From Candidatus Danuiimicrobium aquiferis (GTDB lineage Bacteria > Omnitrophota > Omnitrophia > Omnitrophales > Danuiimicrobiaceae): a stretch of 64,000 nt of DNA. The stretch lies in NCBI GenBank assembly GCA_001804285.1, contig MHFR01000042.1:78725-142724 (forward strand). The letters are read 5' to 3'. This document shows positions 63,401-64,000 of the stretch, in pieces (position 1 is the stretch's first letter; each line of letters begins with the position of its first letter). The notes beneath the pieces are model-generated. The model searched no databases and had not been told where the DNA came from. It saw only the letters and a program-made list of their open reading frames with translations. The position numbers and the translations under genes are program-made.

Positions 63401-64000
63401 GAAGCGGATACGGTTACGGGCGAGCAAAATTCAGCGATTGTTCAAAAAGCGGCAAAGATTGTTTATTGGATTCATCATACCTTTATGGCCAGTACTGTTG
63501 TGTCAGGTGATTTGATGAAGGTGATTGCTCGCGCGGCCGAGATTCAGGTGGTGGAAACTCTCACGGGGTTTAAATATATCGGTGATGAAGTGGAAAAGCG
63601 CGCGAAAGCAATTCAAAAACTTTCTGGATTTACGGAGCGCGAGTGGGTGAAAATGCCAAAGGCAAAGAAAATTGAATTGGCATTGCAACATTCCGAATTG
63701 TTCTTGTTTGGAGGAGAGGAATCGTTGGGTTCACTTTCGAGCGACGGTCCGCACGATAAAGATGCAATTAGCGGTGTCATGTGGTTTATCGAAATTTACG
63801 GGCGGCTCACGAAAGAGGGAACGTCGATCGGAGAAAGACTGGAAGCAATTTATAAAAAATACGGATATTTTGCGGAACGATTTCCCATGTTTGAAGTGGC
63901 CAAGAAATACGCAGGCGTTGAATTCTCGGAAGAAGAAGCGATGGGGCTGATTAAAGGAATCAAGAAGGATAAAGATGATGCCGATCGTCCCAACATTATC
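45407..64000 (+). CDS. Giant multi-enzyme protein (at least 6198 aa, runs off the window end) with R[SA]ExR-delimited modules
   Basis: ATG at 45407. No stop seen in this frame up to the window end, and the ORF track reports no stop-terminated ORF in it. Signal peptide MRGKSRILRSIAAVTVFFFFWNTATA; six recognisable enzyme domains in the same frame. Confidence 0.95.
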   Translation, partial: MRGKSRILRSIAAVTVFFFFWNTATAYSLPVLGLLPAKLGTVQSTPEHIPSQSTDKTVLLLLNAHTSSDAQKNIAEMLEFFQAQGIDLIGLEGADDRIDGEIFRRFPHKESLAKAAWQMVKDGKLTGAEYFYVTAEKIPAFYGIEDKALYHENKNAFVATTQLREKLAVTLEKVSNAAAELKNKIYSKKLKNFDSLVTRHKNQDTSFLDYFSQLNEASDDADIAIPTYPNVYALSKAVEKEKTLNQKKVAKDIEKIKKTLPKDAIREDIFSMAGKNDLESRNKDENEDVLYIYKKLYTYFSGLVNPNVGAGSSRPFEKGAETAPLQLNDFKHFKRYYEWLEAVTAVKQASLFEELDALVVQIYSRIAKSDKEKTLLEINRSFETFQQKLAIQLTQKDWARVKAIKVPGTFFVPGTFSELGDRAPQISPEELLLIEQANAQASQFYEVAEKRNVIFTDKIINQMETSQKNVSVVVVGGFHEAGLRAALEAKGVHTAVITPKMKDAISDIPYIERMTGKPTQLEKIITEAMSALEREIVISGNAPDEMRRNAAVELVTASVLERLWNTDPARREQVADELSRSISRIIPGVQLGLQKPVIPDDCEGSEKCLQIPVVINGKQIGLSLKQNGASKTFSIERAKAGALHESPVQQPSEGAIYELPVPVNENPIFPGAKRSLFAGHLGAAAAVVISRSEVRTVTVTREENVTTITFDDGTTVSDSNAQKLAEKLKAVLPENLRTGVLEGTDKAAQIYVVSGSRGRDIYIWNTDELQTALNELLTSKSATPQFPAAASPVIEARSEHRVAKILTVVGVMAGAIASYIIPNQAIHLIQQYNADIFKWGLISVAGTLVGGAVIGLLWHEERAWRQAAAKTRNITDRSSADQEKAQRSEVRMNADFDDLFGTNLFSSRLSLVFGVILVVGIGIGIAVNRHERGNTPFPTTMPAESAPSSNIQPATWPAARSEVRTQRSPEELLNLYGRFAREFAQRAAPYPIDEVGIFHVINCLRKIPRDTSDREGMADPRLSKPIAYAIVKQAQQDDAESKALADRLHIPKINPLYLAAFEQYWKYLTTRQPPVSDISQTLGVPVTSWRFVKALPKDSGELKIVLDYFLQMLRKTKAQLDRSHESMMGDSTIVDDILGGSTIPNGEQVEAIRMSYGDEAVEPTLREQVKELLSKVPAPQARPKDLQKISFEKIRKDPTNVENWETLIAEFNKAFVYLQGSINKEADEIRKDVKKLRAEPGMRAWLVNGFKIKNLIRKIDQGYRTIQFYSDISAQLSQLRILAQAVHDAKASPQKLRASPKTGSGRSEVRGSLRERMKGFWNEFSPAQQHILRRQAGTLLFIIGVVGIAVGSALFERKSSPPTTAPSPTSQRSEIRTTPSTEELLRISEYMRFKDWQIIYKAGSGHPGGTLSATEILATLYSDRELLRIDPVRDRNTDYTKRWKNRDRLVLSKAHVVPIQYVALYLSGLLTREEIEALRQDSQGLAQGHATMTTSGIDLSGGVLGYGAPAAMGMAVAAKMDGRDYHTFTLIGDGEMQKGPMFEMMQIAPQLGLDNFTAIVDYNQYQQNRASTGYTAFDYDKMSSVWELAGWNVIKVDGEDFKDNARYIEELRKGLRDSKKMKNSKPTVVMVKSIKGRGISVAENLFRAGNTKFHGSAPNAQQYEEGVREIAPRLGVSVEDRNLADIENDLETIGDELRGKFHDKWQIRQGGFFGIDQRNDTSAALAYRERAAKVGQIQPKAYKPGEEVATRVAAGDKLLYEASRDPSLVFVSPSDLQDSVNFKPIAKVLGEFGSPDKIGDFGPKSPQGRLVTIGIMEDGGVALSVGISAAGLGFKPFVGTFDRFVDIMLTTVEMAALNRIPVGIVGTHAGSETGPDGGGNFSIKTPALIGAIADHGQDMAMFEPADAPGTVMAVDQMITTLTSGMPAYLRASRSPRLVRDRAMAVRDEGENGFIVWKYALNPKIILVASGATVTNTIKATELLESQGIPVSVIEITSVTGIEKPFSGNRLAQTWLAPQVPVYTIHDASANALHDPVLGVAQRTRAYVPVYSRGITDAGSASPAAMFTANRFNADQIAEDAEVIVKGSVPPGVFVRSETRNMTNSSSEELTEARNRENNSEGMSTESAQESSSDQSAKTRAEARELLLQKLEGLLGQLEQIKDEANADRIKTYLHSVSEMIKMAGWMPEVEKFIKEHYETTSGAQVFEPTVDEQTNQDSLVARRIRELREIFFASFKNAAEDKIMQVAGGYLPMLEDFQRKLASLAEIESFVKEKIQQQILALVEKTFNAIFENPALIDPEIREASYVFSVIGDVGGKEAALKNIAAWLRENKLELLRTRIEEGLILLGKNDAKTDLSHAYELLTGRPAPSYQDDQVGSLVASPIRSEARNELSSELEVQSLKLGKEGKPETLNSELGTQLRAEARNITDRSSEELTEAGAGTLADQEKAKRAEVRNLGNSSEETSIESAQVSLSDQSAKTRAEVREVDYAYLGAYGFVGAAMLGAAFYGNYAANRKVKTPVQEAVSPTAHSLILPVVDTTIYVTEQEFQEIVQKAFPAIGTAPLVFVTPEQNTAFLKTFLPHREQHLFKNLVLDEPQRTLGGSISSDRVLTGVGQPIKVFGFVGNDDAGIFALEKLKGSGIATGIQVLDGGMTSQTLVIEVVKPKTDGSGGYDSAGRYFLHVKGVNEELGKYLENGRLKRWFLQEFGENEKPILHIGYEALSSEYYFRNLYRLIRELRAEVPGLRVALDTVADFGNLWGKFSDDGKKLLAELDVLTVSLDEAVAIYEKLTEKKLTDMKEKDMTLAQAEAVSRVMVPWFLATMEKGTVLIKAGNKGSFYGSNHWPNGGWRNRKIPFAWMPIVPNELIQAEYAAEVDGEKVANTTGAGDAASAGFIQALHDGYDVHQAAALASVYGGLSYGQLGGGVIGHPAETVGKLYQDFVAANRGDYRPAAFRQSSLAEMTDKEIETLIIRRIVANNFKTVKPWSFGAKIVNVEPVDISEAIEKVGADLIKQVREIILKYGEFRIGIEPSHDLKEDDTSEPQSMWVYPPSFATQGRMFFEWVYDAVAQYGEELSGNGHRISSLQMEQIRKFLAAYPDDNILGIVAIDRFHSQYKRVNKINDGQLHYFIVRRNSFEDDNFLVLHPADQDFAVAFARAMPFEFHRMPLGALVLNTPEELGQISGTDVVLQMQFIPVSKMAGVTAYNFDPNHALIQKWSVLAGTPVLENWIRNQLEIRIAELSRSEVRNTFTPAELGEITQPLIDILHLVRELDATSNGSSQLRAFIPQVRREIERLNIEGLNAVLVGKIMPVAQGLSHAERAHHRFWTETMPAPVSRMAQELATRQQSLTGDIDQKLTRAKAAALKPVITHLVKAYDLVADARAMQRKVLQDSEIDGLFKSTIEKIEALQIEEAIGLIDQIVETINSLLELDPKQLPSMVSNLEQTRTELNIVRRLLEPRANAGADVADARAEARDLGSSFVIPASAKQRGRIRQSVSGGKAGIQLDPHLRGDDTNLRAEVRTDQVSAEDLDWERARLEQEEEDLRIKWEATESAYLRLKQLRSKQQGGISHKALTDAQQRAAEANGQYLKAQQALLAFQRRIASRNVSSKPSETLVQLPAWMYSAVGIGKPTFPTVAAQVAALTGIGGASIPVPRQVPTSLLQIIRSEARNDRSSSVIPAKAGIQLDPHLRGDDTNLRSEVRGTESPVQAALKNILNAHFYLGIIPGLIAFSVFPLWSASFSAERRLLQTKLSRQGISYWQVDWSEIPADVYDQIKAIRASGGDFDVQFSPARVDDEYSDYHYPQTLRIVPVSLEKGTGNRSLLSHMPVPFSALNADQARAEVRSEFGEVLNPILADVYKILERAGRKLSLSPLEIEEIKTPVNTFLKWVESEHALSHGQYEQALDIRVRHSNPIGKDGKPERAQGGIRILLPENLGKGFNDEKSKFYQTLNRMIADGKIQLNDSDHEVQAALNRFLEQWLTEETTALAIDMSLKNKIMGLPHGGGKGISFLGKWEKVNGAWKLVPIVKAQIQDGKRVFRTSDVAILMRDIGRTFAENNVIHELLDGGAPDLNPFGPSITTELLISWMMDETIAVLMRNENDDIWKQNPGLLEELKDADDNVITNPAFLKVCMAYTQRHPEKILPFLSRYTGKPVGLGGLQYRKKATGEGVVVAAERMVTKLLPERAKLEKPLSGLTIGVQGLGNVGTWVAKEADQRGALVTVLSDEGGAIQSPQFTGEKLTTIGTYRDLTKTRSLLGVTKPTLDGRPNPYYIEGVEVLARGTEEGNIALFKSNTQIKVTAAVQGAIDESNVDLIGEGTLFIDDGANGGTTSEAGRLLYQRAPKVHALSAILVSGGGVGQSSREVVANLTNRYTSEGEDRAWVSERINAAVDATWTVSRANEVDMGLAAAMLGIKRLRGISSFREVQPNVLKNEKPSTIDESLAIDEIRLAAERLRQYGIEQLNLLAAAKLSENAGVPVEVLDETLHLSNSFKILGSLNFILRELEKAKRQGVTITTIGTQTTFNHGYALAIAYNILVNKNVIDPKQTELVIYVGKEMPPENVKRLETLHARVVQFENYEKARYEMDRTKEQLRDQMIRVEHFNGVWEGYATIFLHLFDQTKAKVVSGEWENKTIGVTVPVGTGGLIAGAQVLKKLVQDEKLPVNIKIIAVQTPEIDSLYQSLLQGRTVQRKFPPMVYARGIGVEEPEISVGLAESFIDYVVLADERTQGIPATKLLYDDMSMHGLGAQKYEVTSGLTASVAVAQKEFFAREGIDLFIPVLSGANEIESVWEEVLKSDGQIARSEARGISGAGQNSLTNLTFAEFSEYVKTGEIGRGDRIQVRTKGGRIDEVIFEQLEPEGGIFQPTEIQGIKKVREAGQRSQDVEVAYQAKDVQTVSVIARSNGSLPELLIQRVALQDRMEQIVDEMVVPSEELLSFSGRMIDEMNAGLRGDPKSLKMIASMVPEATGNEKGIYGSTDMGGTNLRNLFIKIENGEASLVAMTKATIPVNLMGKSSSAKKLFKFVAGKRNEFLKSRVLNKALKDQKISIPEKDLIGFAYSYPADMGAIDIAYSSGATKYMLLTDIEGKDVGALYNEELQALGLTASRVGAIINDTVATGALAQLANKNVLGGGILGTGENWAYLEDIENILTLTEAQRQWLREHGIKRMWINIEAGGFDRVRQTEYDKQMDQISPKPGSQLAEKMISGMYLGELVRVILTDLAGKKLLFNSQTGNLLETSFGKDEYAYVSIFGIRIPLFKKLAELLKTIGLGRWIRKNVFTSSDMDPIAADTTPNLSMTRNVLRKFGIMQTTYEERKAVKRIVDQVALRSASLAAAQIMAIILKVDPNLERFHGMAIDGSLFEKYPRYEKMMMGALRKIAERKFGDSRKVDQITLTLKKDGTGKGGGAVTAIADQTKIAELPRFPRVQTGENFRNLSIQKVVELVNALDLGYQQAQGLRAVMVQSSGQNVQVFWREGRQPIGGFSRALNEISQMLRGLGSPIFDLYEVSHKGALGLVIVLSGQTPARGKIGDVFNIARAEARVAQTAEEFGRLAQAAQEKGWISEAALANIISWGSSEYNLRLGQFLTKMFSGFDEDITVHEAITKQFNAAGQNEKVWKEIGDAWYEILKVGTAGMRGKIGFGTNRINLFTIGKLELAHALAVADDQYNDIVKKVDSQFDPMTERKAVVIGGDSRHGSWLPDAKQPNGGTPGWQIKLEALLNVVHGVRAYVYQIPTSTPQIAWSTHSLEVAEGYRIVSGSMNTASHNPATDNGNKPYKPDGSQSTGEFADLLKDLVKKATPDYLATLQYANRNILENIDELFEQAVKNGEIVLIGGDNDPLNVDDQFVEVELDEAIHTIGDLFDQSKIDLENAKIVISPLWGVSKHILAKILKRRGLRDDQIIWVEDVPNPDFPGVKEGKPNPESPKAREVALQKAIDTGAGLVLWTDPDSDRPAVAVLKDPKAKPANFDDFISLNGNMQLAVLTDYLIREIKELGDLEADTVTGEQNSAIVQKAAKIVYWIHHTFMASTVVSGDLMKVIARAAEIQVVETLTGFKYIGDEVEKRAKAIQKLSGFTEREWVKMPKAKKIELALQHSELFLFGGEESLGSLSSDGPHDKDAISGVMWFIEIYGRLTKEGTSIGERLEAIYKKYGYFAERFPMFEVAKKYAGVEFSEEEAMGLIKGIKKDKDDADRPNII
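45560..46960 (+). other. Giant-protein N-terminal domain with Tiki/TraB/EreA-ChaN-like motifs
   Basis: LLNAH (H65), GLEG (E92), GIED (E145), KRN (R451/N452), VVGGFH (H479), in the order of the Tiki/TraB H-E-GLE-RN-GAxH ligand set. Confidence 0.55.
49535..51688 (+). other. Giant-protein module: full-length transketolase-like domain
   Basis: GSGHPGG, RDRLVLSKAH, QGH, GDGEMQKG...DYN, KSIKGRG, FHG, GIME, THAG...GPDG, EPAD, PAYLR. Confidence 0.92.
52990..54230 (+). other. Giant-protein module: PfkB/ribokinase-family kinase
   Basis: LGG, FGFVGNDDAG, IKAGNKGS, NTTGAGDAASAGF (54047). Confidence 0.88.
56939..58680 (+). other. Giant-protein module: Glu/Leu/Phe/Val dehydrogenase-like domain
   Basis: RVRH...QGGIR, MSLKN...LPHGGGKG, GAPDLN, TGKPVGLGG...ATGEG, VQGLGNVG, GANG. 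Confidence 0.9.
58730..59790 (+). other. Giant-protein module: PLP-dependent fold-type II enzyme (threonine/serine dehydratase-like)
   Basis: SNSFKILG (PLP Lys at 58883), NHG, VPVGTGGLIAG, VLSGAN. Confidence 0.85.
60170..61650 (+). other. Giant-protein module: eukaryote-type hexokinase
   Basis: SLKM, TGNEKG, DMGGTNLR, GFAYSYP, INDTVAT, ILGTGEN, INIE, EKMISGMYLGELVR, DGSLFEKYP, DGTGKG. Confidence 0.93.
62033..64000 (+). other. Giant-protein module: alpha-D-phosphohexomutase (PGM/PMM)
   Basis: GTAGMRG, GDSR, TASHNP (62693), PNPE, DPDSDR (63248), TLTGFKYIG, GGEES, DKDA. Confidence 0.93.

Noticed and set aside
45677-63950. Dozens of short ORFs listed on both strands across the last 18 kb
   Set aside because: They are shadows of the single long + strand frame starting at 45407 and show no recognisable motifs.

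Overview
Bacterial chromosomal segment, probably from Candidatus Omnitrophota or a related lineage; this is inferred from the giant-gene type, not from a marker gene. Bases 1-45,000 hold surface-glycan genes (GT2, a WlbA/WlbB-like fusion, a UDP-GlcNAc 2-epimerase, three SGNH proteins, a GT-C protein), a full F-type atp operon, an 11-subunit complex I-like nuo operon without nuoEFG and with nuoI before nuoH, a two-component island with a duplicated operator, nfeD-slipin, a REP-associated tyrosine transposase, ychF, cysE and rnhA. Several families of palindromic, often nested, miniature elements are scattered through this part. The main feature is absent from the supplied ORF track because it has no stop codon in the window: one + strand reading frame from 45407 past the window end (at least 6198 codons). 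It encodes a signal peptide and a domain with Tiki/TraB-like metalloprotease motifs. A string of modules follows (transketolase, PfkB kinase, Glu/Leu/Phe/Val dehydrogenase, PLP dehydratase, eukaryote-type hexokinase, phosphohexomutase, membrane mini-modules and orphan domains), separated by 20 copies of a pentapeptide R-[S/A]-E-x-R. The best candidate for a new system is a self-processing secreted polyprotein that releases central-metabolism enzymes and grows by motif-bounded cassette duplication. All calls come from reading and manual translation; no database search was run.
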